The position numbers and the translations under genes were made by a program. This document shows, piece by piece, positions 26,201 to 39,133 of a stretch of 64,000 nt of DNA (within the stretch, counting starts at the first letter, position 1; each line of letters begins with the position of its first letter). The notes beneath the pieces were generated by a model, which saw only the letters and a program-made list of their open reading frames with translations, did no database searches and was not told the origin of the DNA. The stretch comes from Scyliorhinus canicula. Taxonomy: Eukaryota. The stretch lies in contig NC_052161.1 in the NCBI RefSeq assembly GCF_902713615.1, positions 119,514,636 through 119,578,635 of the forward strand, read 5' to 3'.

Positions 26201-26787
26201 CTCCTTCTGCACTGTATGTTCTCTATTCACTAATCAGGGCTCTGAATTCTAGGTGAACCTTGTCGTCTTCAAACCTCCAGCCCAGACACAGGTTATCACC
26301 TCTCCCTACTGGAGCCGACGGTCTAAAAACGAAATGAAATCTGCTCGACGAGGTTCGCCGACCAGACTCCTCCAATAGTTGGTTTGAGAATGGGTCGGGA
26401 GGGCATTTGGAAGGGCAACAAGACTGCCACCGAGTTCCCTAGAGATCTGGGCACTGAGGGGAACTCAGGTAAGGCTGACAGGACGTGCATTTAACAGGAA
26501 GCTAAATCAACACGCGTGGGAGAAAGGGATAAAAGGTTATGTAGAGAGGGTGAGATGCAGCAAAGTGGGAAGAGGTTGGTGTGGGGCTATCCAGCAGCTG
26601 GGCCCAATGGCTTCTGCTTCTGTGCTGCAAAAGCTGTGCATCTGAGAACAAAATATGACAGAAAAATAATTGAGCCTGTTGCTTCCAGGAGGACGAAGCC
26701 AAAATGCAGGACCTGGCTTTAGAAACACCTGCTGTAAATTGGGAGGCCACCTTGCCTGCAGCTGGTGACACTGAAGGAGAGTTTTAC

Positions 26788-26794
26788 CTGCCAT
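26788..26794 (-). CDS. Putative first coding micro-segment (ATG GCA G) of the zinc finger gene
   Basis: acaATGG Kozak context followed by CAG|GTAAAA, a phase-1 donor matching the phase-1 acceptor at 20938 (gives MAGVTAGLMET...). Sits directly beside a CpG promoter-like region. Confidence 0.6.
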
Positions 26795-26985
26795 TGTCTC
26801 TGCAGCCGCCTCCTGCAGCTCCCATCCCAGAATGCAGCGCCGCCAGCCATTCACGTCCGGACATGCGCACTCCACGCCCGCTCGCTATTGCAGATAGAGG
26901 ACTTTCTGTCGCGCTGGGCATTCTGGATAGAATACCGCCATTATTAAATACCGGCAACTCCACATCATGGCCATTTTTAAAGGCA
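26795..26985 (-). promoter_or_regulatory. Putative promoter/5'UTR of the zinc finger gene
   Basis: CpG cluster with two ZNF143/SBS-like motifs (TCCCAGAATGCAGCGC at 26825; reverse copy at 26911-26927), an NRF1-like CATGCGCAC (~26862) and a YY1-like GCCATTTT (~26970). Confidence 0.6.
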
Positions 26986-29469
26986 CCGCTGCAATTCCTT
27001 TATCAGTCGTGAAAAGTCACACCAATTTTAGAGCCGGTAAAAAGAACAACAATTGCAATACAAATAGAAAATTTTGGATAAACCCAAACAAAATCAGAAA
27101 CATGGCAGCTTTATTGGAGGGCGAGTCACCGTTTCAGCTTCATGGTCTTTCAACACAACTGGCTGTTGGTCTCCCTGGCTTGGTGAAAACAGCATAGAAA
27201 AATGATCAGAGTATCTGCAAAGAATAGGGAAATTGTTAAGAACAACAACAATGTTGAAATGAACAATCAACAACAATGAAATTGTTAAGAACAACAACCA
27301 GGGGCTGGTTTAGCTCACCAGGCTAAATCGCTGCAGGCCAGCAGCACGGTTCGATTCCCGTACCAGCCTCCCCGGACAGGCGCCAGAATGTGGCAACTAG
27401 GGGCTTTTCACAGTAACTTCATTGAAGCCTACTCGTGACAATATGCGATTTTCATTTCATTTCATTTCAATGTCATACTTTATTGGGAGTCTAAACGTTG
27501 TGATGGTCAAAGTTGCTAATCTTTGTCATTTCAATTGTTTGGGAATGTTTACATTTATTGTCCTGCGGAAGCTCCCAAATTTGTAATTATTTGTTCACTA
27601 CGATAGAACTTTGGTTTCTCGAAAAAAAACTTTTGCTAAGCATAGAAGGTCTGGTTCAGAAGGCCAACAAGTACTTCATGAGGATGATTACATCTGTAGC
27701 AACACCTTTCATAGAATCACTACAGTGCAGAAGGAGGACATTTGGTCCATCGTGTCTGCACTGACCCTTCAAAAGAGCACTCTACCTATGTCCACTCCAC
27801 CGTCTACCCTGCCCGATCCCTGTTGCCTCATAACCTAATCTGCACAAATCTCGACAGTCAGGGGCAATTCATCACGGCCAATCCACGTAACCCACACATC
27901 TTTGGACAATTGGGGGGGGGGGGGGGGGGGACAGGGAGAACTCTGACTGTTTTTCCGCACCTTACCCCAGCAATACAGAAACCAATTGTAGTGGTCCACT
28001 GCCCTCTTGTATAAGACATAGAATAGAAATCAGGGCGGCATGGTGGTGCAATGGTTAGCACTGCTGCCTCATGGCGCTGAGGACCCAGGTTCAATCCTAG
28101 CCCTGGGTCGCTGTCCATGTGGAGTTTGCACATTCTCCCCATGTTTGCATGGGTCTCACCCCCAGAACCCAAAGATGTGCAGGCTAGGTGGATTGGCCAT
28201 GCTAAATTGCCCCTTAGTTGAAAAAAAAATCAGGTACTCTAAATTTATTTATTTTTTTTAAAAGAGACTGGGAATCAAACCTTCTGGTTGGCACTGCTGG
28301 GATACACATTGGTTCTGCAAAAGGAGTCACCCAAAAAAGTAATATGAACAATATCATTCACATACAGCACTCAATTTGAATCTGTTCTTAACCGTGTCCC
28401 ATTTCACTTGATACATTTTGATCACAGGATCTGGCTAGGGCAAGGTCACATTTACTGCTCATCCCAAGTTTCCATGAGAAAGTGGTGCACCTTCTTCTGG
28501 AATCCTGTAGTCCCTGTGATGATAGGTTTTCCCCCTTATGAAGGGAATGCCCGAGGACCATTGCCCAACAATGATGAAGAAATACCAATCTGTGTCGAAG
28601 TCAGATTGCTGTGTGAGACTTGGGAGGGAGATTTGGAAATTATGTTTCCTCCATGACTTCAGCATTTTAATGGTTTGTTTTCCTCCAACTTACTTCCTTT
28701 CCCCAAGGTGCTCTCATATGGGTGTGCAGTGCCAATGAAGCTGAAGATTCCATGGAATCCCGACAGTGAAGGAGACCATTCAATCCATCCGAGTCTGTCC
28801 AGACCCACCGAGAGCATCGTACTATGGCCCACACTCCCACCCTATTCCCGTAACTCCACCTAACCTGCACATATTTGGACACGAAGGGGCAATTTTAGCA
28901 TGGCCAATTCACCTAAACTGCACATCTATGGACTGTGGGAGGAAACTGGAGCAACCAGAGGAAAGCTCTTGTGACCATATGCTTCAGTTTTAAATGTCAG
29001 AATGGGCAGATTTATCTGTTTATTAAGACTTAAGGGCATCACAGCTGGATTATGAATTGAACAAGGGTCTTCACAAGTTCAGTTTTCTCACTGAGCCAAT
29101 CAGAGCAGATGGGATCACTATTCCTGTGTGTCCACTCCAGAGCAAATCCAGATTAATTTCATATTTTTGATGCTGAGAGATTCTTGGTTGGAGAATCTAA
29201 GACATGGAGCCACAGTCTCAGGCTAAGGAGCTGATCTATTAGAACTGAGTTGAGGAGAAATTATTTCACTCCGAGGGTTATGAATATTTAGAATGATCTA
29301 CCCCAGAGGATTGTGGGTGCTCCATCGTTGAATATATTTAAGGCTGCAATAGACAGGTATTTTGTCTCAGGGAAATTCGGGATATGGTGCAGGCAGGAAA
29401 GTGGCATCAAAAGGATCAGCCAGGATGGCATAGATAGTAGAGCAGGCTCCATGGGCCAGGTGGGCTACT

Positions 29470-29993
29470 CCTTCTCCTACAGGTGCACCATAGAAAGCAT
29501 CCTATCTGGTTGCATCACAGCCTGGTGTGGCAACTGCTCGGCCCAGGACCGTAAGAAACTACAGAGTCATGAACACCACCCATTCCATCACGTGAACCTG
29601 CTTCCCATCCATTAACTCTGTCTACACCTCCTGCTGCCTTGGGAAAGCAGGCAGCTTAATCAAAGATCCCTCCCACCTGGCTTACTCACTCTTCCATCGG
29701 GCAGGAGATACAAAAGTCTGAGAACACGCACTAAGATTCAAAAACAGCTTCTTCCCTGCTGTTACCGAACTCCTAAATGACCCTCTTATAGACTGATCTG
29801 ATCTCTTCACACATCTTCTCTACCGAGTAATACTACACCTGATGCCTGTGTCTATGTATTTACATTGTGTATTTTATGTTTGCCCTATTATGTATTCTTT
29901 TCATATACGGAATGATCTGTCTGAGCTGCACGCAGAACAATACTTACTGTACCTCGGTACACGTGACAATAAACAAATCCAATCTAATCCAAT
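29470..29993 (+). mobile_element. Rex1/Babar LINE 3' fragment
   Basis: YRCTIESILSGCITAW.GNCSAQDRKKLQ motif; tail GTGACAATAAA followed by (AATCC)n. Confidence 0.8.
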
Positions 29994-30012
29994 TCCTTGG
30001 GGATGTGCGGTA

Positions 30013-30241
30013 TGCAATTGTATTAATTATTCATTAAATATCAATTTTAATGTTGATTAAATGGCCCTGTTACATATTTCTGTGCCCTAACAGGAATTTG
30101 GAGATAAATAAAACATGGTTCTTTTCAGAAGATAGCCATGTTGTATTTATATCCAAATTCCTGTTAGAGCACAGAAATATGTAACAGGGCCATTTAATCA
30201 ACATTAAAATGGATATTTAATGAATAATTAATACGATTGCA
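30013..30241. repeat. Near-perfect ~229-bp palindrome (inverted repeat with essentially no loop)
   Basis: 30013-30126 is the reverse complement of 30128-30241 with about 8 mismatches. Confidence 0.92.
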
Positions 30242-30544
30242 AGTTATTGCCGGTTTCCAAGGTTCCAAGATGGCACCGGAGCGAGGCGACTTTGTGCAAG
30301 CTGTGCCCAGCATACCCTCTAATTCTATCTTTTACTCTCGTTTTATGCTTCTAAAACGTCATTCTAACTCTTAAACTCTCTAACAATGTTCTAATTCAAT
30401 TACTTGAAGTTTTGGAGGTCTTTAGGACCCTGGAGACACCTGAAACTGACTTACCTGGTATTAAGTTGATCTTTTCTCTACACCTTGCTATAACTGTAAG
30501 AAGTCTTACAACACCAGGTTAAGGTCCAACAGGTTTGTTTCAAA

Positions 30545-30579
30545 CACTAGCTTTCGGAGCACAGCTCCTTCCTCAGGTG
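30545..30579 (-). ncRNA. Minimal type-I hammerhead ribozyme motif in a short Penelope-derived insertion
   Basis: Minus strand reads CAC-CUGAGGA-A-GGAGC(UGU)GCUCC-GAA-AGCU-A|GUG; insertion flanked by the 14-bp direct repeat TGCTATAACTGTAA (30486, 30604). Confidence 0.7.
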
Positions 30580-31431
30580 AATCACATCAATGCTCCACAT
30601 CAATGCTATAACTGTAACATTATATTCTGCAGTCTCTCCTTCCTTCCCCATGTACGGTATGCATTGTTTGTACAACATGCAAGAAACAATACTTTTCACT
30701 GTATACAAATACATGTGACAATAATAAATCAAATCAAAACCCTGTTCCATCTGGGCGCTTACAAAATAAATTGCACCATCTACTGGCTACATGCGCAATT
30801 ACATGTGGTAGTTGGAAACCGTACACATTTAGACCATAATATCTAGGAGCCGAATTAGGCCATTTGGCCCATCGGGTCTGCTCCACCCTTGGACCATGGC
30901 TGATATGTTCCTCACCCCCGTTCTCCTGCCTTAGAATCATAGAATTTACAGTGCAGAAGACGACCATTCGGCCCATTGATTCTACACCGCCCCTTGATAG
31001 TAATAATAATAATCGCTTATTGTCACAAGTAGGCTTCAATGAAGTTATTGTGAAAAAGCCGTGGTCGCTACATTCTGATGCCTGTTCGGGGAGGCCGGTA
31101 CAGGAATTGATCCCGCGCTGCTGCCTTGTTCTGCATTACAAGTCAGCTGTTTAGTCCACTGTGCAAAACCAGCCCACAAGTGCACCCTGTAAGCCCACCT
31201 AACCTTTGGACACTTGGGGGCAATTTAACGTGGCCAATCCACCTAACCTGCACATTTTTGGACTGTGGGAGGAAACCGGAGCACACGAGAGGAAACCGGA
31301 GCACACAGAGGAAACCCACGCAGACAGGAGGAGAAAGTGCAAACTCCATATAGTTCACATAGAGACCGGAATAGAACCCGGGTCCCCAGTGCTTGGAGGC
31401 AGCAGTGATAACCCCTGTGCCACCATGCCGC

Positions 31432-31780
31432 CCATTGTCCCTATAACCCATGATCCCTTTGTTAATCAAGAACCTATCTGTCTCTGTCTTAAAGACACTC
31501 TGACTGAAAAAATTCCTCATCTCAGTTTAAAGGATCGCCCCTTCAGTCCGAGGCTGTGCCCTCAGGTTCTAATCTCTCCTACATCTCCTTCTCGTACACT
31601 CTATCTAGGCCTCTCAGTATTCCGTAGGTTTCGGTAAGATACCCCCTCATCCTTCTAAACTCCATCGAGTAAAGACCCAGAGTCCTCAACCTTTCCTCAT
31701 ATGACAAGCCCTTCATCCCGGGGCTCATTCTTTGAATCTCCTCTGGACCCCCTCCGAGGCCAGCACATTCTTCCTTAGAT
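31432..31780 (-). mobile_element. CR1-clade 3' fragment
   Basis: GMKGLSYEERLRTLGLYSMEFRRMRGYLTETYGILRGLDRV. Confidence 0.75.
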
Positions 31781-32674
31781 ACTTCAACCTGGAGAAAAAT
31801 CCTCAAACAAGTGATTTCAGGCAATGCGCTCTTTAAATTATAATTACTTTCTTCTGGGGTTTTGTCAACTTGTTTACCTTCCCCAATAACTTCAATGTGG
31901 TGGTAACTTGAATTTAACAAAAGCTGTATCTTTACACATGAAGAGGGAGCGATGGAGGAGTCCCACTCATTGTGGGTGTGCTGATGGGAGAAGAGTCCGA
32001 TTCCGAATGCAGATATACACTGCGCAGAATCATACCGAAAGCCAAACCAAGCGACCGGTAGAGTTGCTTTAAATAAAAGCGAAATACTGCGGATGCTGGC
32101 AATCAGAAATAAAAAAACAGAAAATGTTGAAAAAACGCATTAGATCTGGCAGCATCTGTGGAGAGAGAAACAGAGTTAATGTTTCAAGTCTGTATGACCC
32201 TCCGACAGAAGAGTTGCCTTGTCTGCGAGGCATTTGGCAGTCACCGCAAGCAACCCGAATATCCATTCAAACTAAAACCCTTGCTGCCACCATGTGGTGA
32301 AGTATTCCCAGGTGTTCCACTTAATGCAAGACTTTAAGGTGGCCTTTGGCAGCACGGTGGCACAGCGATTAGCACAGTTGCTTCACAGCTCCAGGGTCCC
32401 AGATTCGATTCCCGGCTTGGGTCACTGTCTGTGCGGAGTCTACACGTTCTCCCCATGTCTGCGTGGGTTTCCAGTTTCTTCCCACAGTCCAAAGATGTGC
32501 AGGTTAGGTGGATTGGCCATGCTAAATTGCACTTGGTGTCCAAAAAGGTTAGATGGGGTTACTGGGATAGGGTGGAGATGTGGGCTTAGATAGGATGATC
32601 TTTCCATGGACTGGTGCAGCCTCGACGGGCCGAATGGCCTCCTTCTGCTGTGTAAATTCTATGATCTATTAGTG

Positions 32675-34030
32675 CAGGGTTTTTCAAAGTGCGGCTCGCA
32701 ACCCGTGGGTGTATCGTGGGGCAGGTGCCAGGAGGGTCATGGCGTGATCAGTGGCGGCGTTCCCCCTATGATCCTGATCACAGGAGAAGCATCCAACTGT
32801 CACTACCAACATTTCCTTTTAAATAAGATGGAAGGAGGCTGTGTGCAGTCTTCCAACCATAAACAGCAACAGTGAGCAGGTCACTCGCCCTCCATGTACA
32901 CTTGGCATCAAAGGCCCTGTATGTACATGCTTTTAGCATTAAATCACAGAGAGCTTCATCCATTTTCTAGCTGCTAACCAGCTAGGCAAGAAGACTGTGA
33001 AGATGAATCGCTTTCTTACAAGAGATGGCTAGATATACAAATAGGCAATGTACCCACTGGCTTGGATCTCGCATCTGAATTTGCTGGAGAGAGCTGCACA
33101 AGAGAGTCCAGGGCAGGACAGAACAGTGCTAGTGTTAGCTTTGTACACAGCACCACGGCCTCCGGTGAACAGCCTACAAAGGAGACACTTAACTCGGGAA
33201 CAACGCAGCATAAAGATGACGCCTCGAGGTATGATTTTGTCAATTGTAGCATTGCAAATAAGGATGCAAAGCCAATCTGCATTTATATGGAGGGAAGTAC
33301 TGGCAAATGAGACAAGTTTCAGATTTTGAAAGAGAGGTGGTGGGTGAAGAATTCCTTTTGAGGTTGAGGCCCCAGAGTCGGTTATTAACTTACAGCTGAC
33401 ACCAAATGAAAAGATTACGCTGCTGCACCTTACCTGTGCCTGCACATTAAAAACACACCAAAATAGGGCAGCACGGTGGCCTAGTGGGTAGCACAACCGC
33501 CTCACGGCGCTGAGGTCCCAGGTTCGATCCCGGCTCTGGGTCACTGTCCATGTGGAGTTTGCACGTTCTCCCCGTGTCTGCGTGGGTTTCGCCCCCACAA
33601 CCCAAAAAATGTGCAAAGTAGGTGGATTGGCCATGCTAAATTGCCCCTTAATTGGAAAAAAATAATTGGCTAATCTAAATTTAAAAAAAAAAAACACACC
33701 AAAATCACATGAGACTTTTGGCATTCTGGAGTAGCATCTCCCAGGAGTATCCAGTGCTGAGTAAAACAAGCATTTTGTTGTTATTGCCCTTCATGATGAC
33801 CTACACCTGAGGTTGGATTTTTCATTCTTACAAAGGTGAAGACGGCACAAAGAAACTCTCATTGCCCTCTCCTCTGTGAACATTATTGAAGTGAGATTGA
33901 GGGCCAGGCAGGCTCTCCTTTCTCATTAAAGGTAAGCGAATGTAGCGTGTCGCAAAGGTCGGCCAGCGCAGGTAACGAAGGTCAACCAGTTGGCAAAAAT
34001 GTGTTGGGGGAAAAAGTTTGAAAAACATTG
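32675..34030 (+). mobile_element. Non-autonomous hAT-Charlie-like DNA transposon (SINE inserted at ~33466-33690)
   Basis: TIRs CAGGGTTTTTCAAA / TTTGAAAAACATTG; TTAGT core on both flanks; decayed N-terminal BED-like transposase segment (HKDDASRYDFV...KPICI...EVLANE). Confidence 0.72.
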
Positions 34031-34689
34031 CTTTAGTATATCTTTGCAACAATTCCCTCTGCTCGCCTCTATGCAATCCTATAACTTGCCATTCAAGATG
34101 GTTTTTGGGTTCCTATAAAGCAGGCAGATGAGTTATATTTCCAGATGAGAACAGTTGGACCATTTGGATAAGGCAGTAAAGGTTTTGAGCATAAGTGATT
34201 TAAAAATGTTCTGTTGACCTGCTTCCACAGTTTGTCTTCAATAGCTTGTTCATTAAATCACCCCTGGGGGTAGATTTTCACTGCCTTTGCCCAGCATTAA
34301 TGGCCTCAAAGTGAAGTCAATAGCTGCAACATCCTTAACATTGGCTGTCTAAAACATTATCCCAAGTTAGGCAACAAGGAAAGTGGGGTTCTATGATATA
34401 AATAGGGCACCTAGTTTTGAGATGTTTGGACAGACACTGCACCCCAAACATAAATATCAAATTGTTTTTGAGAACCCTGCACAAACAGCAGCAAAGTTCT
34501 GCTTTTGATGACGGAACATGTACTTTTAAGTCTGGTATTGCCCATGTAACGAGACACCAATCTCCCACTGCAAAGTGATCTGAAGTAATCTAGCCACCCA
34601 AAGCAGTGCAGTCATTCCCAAAGTGTTGAAATAGGCGGCTGTAAAGATAAGGGGCAACACTGGAGGTCATCGTCCAAAACTCTAGATTG

Positions 34690-35087
34690 TGGTTTGGTTC
34701 CTGCAGATTGGAAGGTTGTGAATGTAAACCCTGTGGATTGTCCAATGAGGCGAGATTGAGGAGACTGGGCTTCTATTCTCTAGGGTTCAGAGGAATGAGA
34801 AATGATCTCATTGAACTTTACAAAATTCTTACAGGGCTCAACAGGGTAGATGCAGGAAGAATGTTTTCTCAGAATAAAAGGGCAGGGCATTTAGAACTGA
34901 GATAAGAAGGAGTTTCTTCACTCAAGGAGGGTGTTGAGTCTTTGGAATTCTCTGCCCCAGAGGACTGTGAAGGTTCAATCGAGTATGTTCACAACAGAGA
35001 TCGATAGATTTCTAGTTAACGTTATCAATAGATATGGGGACAATGCGGGGAAAATAGCATTGAGGTCAAAGATCAGCTATGATCTAG
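34690..35087 (+). mobile_element. CR1-clade 3' fragment; its tail resumes at ~36028-36085 after a hAT insertion
   Basis: RLRRLGFYSL..RGMRNDLIELYKILTGLNRVD and LWNSLPQ motifs. Confidence 0.75.
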
Positions 35088-35089
35088 CT

Positions 35090-36027
35090 TACTGTTTTTT
35101 TCAAACTTTTTTTCCGGATCCCACTTTTACCAACTGGCCGACTGTCGGCATTCATGCCGGCTCATCTTCGCGACACACCATTATTGCTTACCTTTAATGC
35201 AGCAGGTGGGCCTGCTTAGTCCTTACGATTCAAATTGCTTTGTCATTCAATGCTACATTTCTGCTAAGGAGGTTAGCTGACGATTTAAGTTCTCACTGCG
35301 TCCTTTGAAAAAAATCAAGAGGTTTATCCTTGAACTCGCCATGCTTACCATCTTAAAATGCCTTTGAGGTTTTTAAACTTTAATTTGCCAGTACTTCCCT
35401 GCACATAACACACAATGGTATTGCATCCTGATTTGCATTGGCAAAATTAACAATGCCATACCTCAAGAAATCATCTTTATACCACTTTGTTCCTGATTTC
35501 AGTGATTTAATTGTTTATTCACCCGAGGACCTGGAGCTCTGGATACAGGTCACACCATCACTGCTTTGTCTGCCATGGGCTCTCCTGTGAAGCTCTCTCC
35601 AGCAGAGTCAATTGTGAGATACTGGCCTGTTTGTGTCTCTGGCCCTCTCTTCCATTATTACAATATGATCCATCTTCAGTTGTTCACACAGTCCTGCTGC
35701 TTGCTTGCTGGCAGCTTCAAAACAGGGGAACCTCTGCTCTGTGATTTCACACCCAGAGCACAGGATGTCAGTGTATCGGGCACATCACCTACTCTTGGTC
35801 ACCGCTCCTGGCAGGAAGACGCCATTGATTAAAAAATAAATCTGGTCCTGGAACAGCGTGCTGGCGTCAGGAGGCGGCAGTCTGCTCCGCTGGGCTCCGG
35901 GCCTGTGCACTGCATATGCGCGAGGCAGCCACCATTTCTAGATGTCAGTTGCGGCTGTTAGGCACTTCTTCCCACGTTCAGAAACACCGCGATTAATGGT
36001 TCCGCGACCCTCCCAACACCCACCCGT
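35090..36027 (-). mobile_element. Second copy of the hAT-Charlie-like element, inserted in a CR1 tail near TCTAG
   Basis: End is homologous to 33900-34030; minus-strand translation YKDDFLRYG...PLCVMCREVLAN...KHGEFKDKPLDFFQR resembles the ZBED5/SCAND3-type zinc finger. Confidence 0.72.
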
Positions 36028-39000
36028 GAATGGAGGCGCAGACTGGAGGGACTGAATGGCTTTCTCCTGCTCCTATTTCCTACGTTACCACATAACATCA
36101 GGATATATATGACGTCTGTAGGACGATATTGGCATTAGTAACCTGAGAAATTCAATTTGCTTACCTGTTTTCCTGCACAACAAAGATTGATAAGTTTATA
36201 TACAAAGCAAAATTATGTTCACCACAATTTAATGCTTTTAAAAAGTGAACATAATTACTCCAAAATTACAAAGATATCTTTAATTTTATTTAAATGATGA
36301 ATCAGTTCAGGCCCAAGATTACATATAAAGATATTTCTGATATTATAAACATCCATATTATGAGGAAGAAGTATTGCTTTTGAAGTCCAGCAATTATGTG
36401 ATTACAATGGTTGAATTTTAGACAAGATTATAACTGGACTAACACTTATAGAAAACCTTCAAAAGCAGGTCAATCAAACCCATTCACATAAAATAGCTGA
36501 AAACAAGGATTTTAAGAATTAAGACATGTTCATTACAACGGATCATGTGAACAGGACGAGGAAAAAAAAATCCTAGTGACAATATTGATCTCAGTGCAAA
36601 TAATCATCAAGACTAGCTTCTTTTGTTCTTCACATAATTAATTAAACTTCATCTGTAATTGTGAAATCACTTTATTTTTGCTACCATTTCCCACCTATTT
36701 CCTCCCATGGCCCTGAAAGCAGGGTCGCCTCTTCCTGGGATGAAATGCTCTGTATCCATTGTTCAAGTTTCGGTCTAGACAACAAGCAGTAGCTCCTTGG
36801 ACCACAGGGAGCATTACGGCTGAGCTGATTTTTTTTTTCCCCCATTGAAATTCCACACATACAGTTTCTGCTGTTCCTCTCCTAAACCAGTTAATAGATT
36901 GGTGCTGTTACAGAATTCATTGACTCCCATTTCTGCTCTTCTATAAAGGGTTAAAATTAAAAATAACTAATTTTCCCCCAGCTAATCCGCATAAGGTCCA
37001 TGCAGAGACCCAAAAGAGGTCCATTGTTCAACCCAAAGATTTGCTGCTCTCCTTTGAGACATTAAAATCAACCTGAGTTTGGGGTGATGTGTGTGCGTCA
37101 AGGTTGGATGTCATGGCCTTTTGTCAACAAGACACTATCCATGATCACTGTTCGATTGATCATTCTGGAAAACAGCAAATGCCAGTCAAACTGTACCCAG
37201 AAAGAGGTAGGCGAAAGAAAAAAAAAAGTAAATGGCTATTCTTTCTACACAGAACAATGAAAGCTTCCTAGGTGTCCTGAAACTAACATACATTCCCTTT
37301 TCAATTCCCAAATTGCAAAATATATTATATGGTTAAAAAATACATGCAGCGTGTATACTAAGAAAACGCACAGTGCAACAGTTACGTAAACCATATTTTC
37401 CAGCTCTTAATGACTTCAAATTTCTCCAAATTCAATCTAATTCTCTTGCAAAAGTAATTCTGGGAACTGGTCTCTCCATTACTGTGATAGTAATCTTATG
37501 GCTTGATTGCTCATTCCACGCAATAGCTTTTGCTCAACTTAATTCATAGAATCACGACAGTGCAGAATGAGGCCATCTGGCCCATCACGTTTTCACCAAC
37601 CCTCCAAAAGAGCACTCTACCTAGGCCCACTCCCCCACCCTATCTACGTAACCCCACCTAACCGTTGGACACTAAGAGGTAAATTAGCATGGCCAATTTA
37701 CTTACCCTGCACATCTTTGGAGGGAGGAAGGAAACAAGAGCACCCGGAGGAAACCCACGCTGATGCGTGGAGAACGTGCAAACTCCACACAGACAGTCAC
37801 CTCAGGTTGAAATTGAACCCGGGATCCTGGCACTGAGGGGCAGCAGTGCTAACCACTGCGCCACGTGCTGCCCTCAAAACGCATAACAGACTAAATTTAA
37901 CAGGTTAAAATGAGAAATGGATCAGAACTAGAAATGGAGCGGATTTAAAAGCTAAAGAAGTTGAAAATTCAGAGTAGGCCAGTAAGTTATCTGATATGAG
38001 AACATTTTGAACCCTTCATTAGGATTTAATCATAGTTGGACCAGCATCTCGGAGCTTAGAGACACTGTATTTAAAAATTATTGTTAAGTGGTAGGGATGC
38101 TTTTTAAATGTACCCGTTTAGAATATAACAAAGCTAAGGAAATCATAAAGGAGGTGACTCATCACCCTATGTTTGATCTTCTCACATAGCTGTTCAACTG
38201 TGTATCACTTGGCTGGGAATAGCCCATGACCAATCGATGGCTTGGACTGAGTTGCCCAGTTTCAGCTGATGCAGTGCAGATGGCTTTGCTTCCCTGGGAC
38301 AAAATAAACAAGAGTACCAAAAAAAATGTCAAGTCATAATTAGTATTCCTGGTCACTGTCAGCCACCCCCTAACCTACTGCAAAATTCCCAAATGTTCAA
38401 ATCACTAGTAACAGAATCGGGCAGGACTGTGAGGCATACCGTAGTCAAATAGGCTCACAGCACACATTCAGACATTTTTTTTTTTTTTTTAAAATAAATT
38501 TAGAGTACCCAATTATTTTTTTTTATTTTCCAATTAAGGGGCAATTTAGCATGGCCAATCCACCTAACCTGCACATCTTTGGGTTGTGGGGGCGAAACCC
38601 ACGCAGACACGGGGAGAATGTGCAAACTCCACACAGACCGTGACCCAGGGCCGGGATTCGAACCCGGGTCCTCAGCGCCGTAGGCAGCAATGCTAACCAC
38701 TGTGCCACCGTGCTGCCCCTGCACACATTCAGACATGAAGAGTGGACAGTTGGAAATGGTACAAGTTTCTGACAAACACCCTTGGAAGCATATACCAACG
38801 GACACCATCTTGAGAGAGAAGAGAAAATAATGGTGGGAGTGGGGGGAATGTATATTGAGCGTTACCGTTTCTCATTGGAGACGTCTGATCTGTTCTTTTA
38901 TTTTTCCAATTAAGGGGCAATTTAGCGTGGCCAATCCACCTCCCTGCACATCTTTTTGGGTTGTGGGAGTGAGACCCAGGCAGAAAAAGTGCAAACTCCA

Positions 39001-39133
39001 AACGGACAGTGATCCGGGGCGGGGATTGAACCCGGGTCCTCGGCGCCGTGAGGCAGCAGTGCTATCCACTGTGCCGCCCTTCAGATACATCTGATCCTCA
39101 TTTACACATCCAAAGGTTATTAAAGCACGTTCT

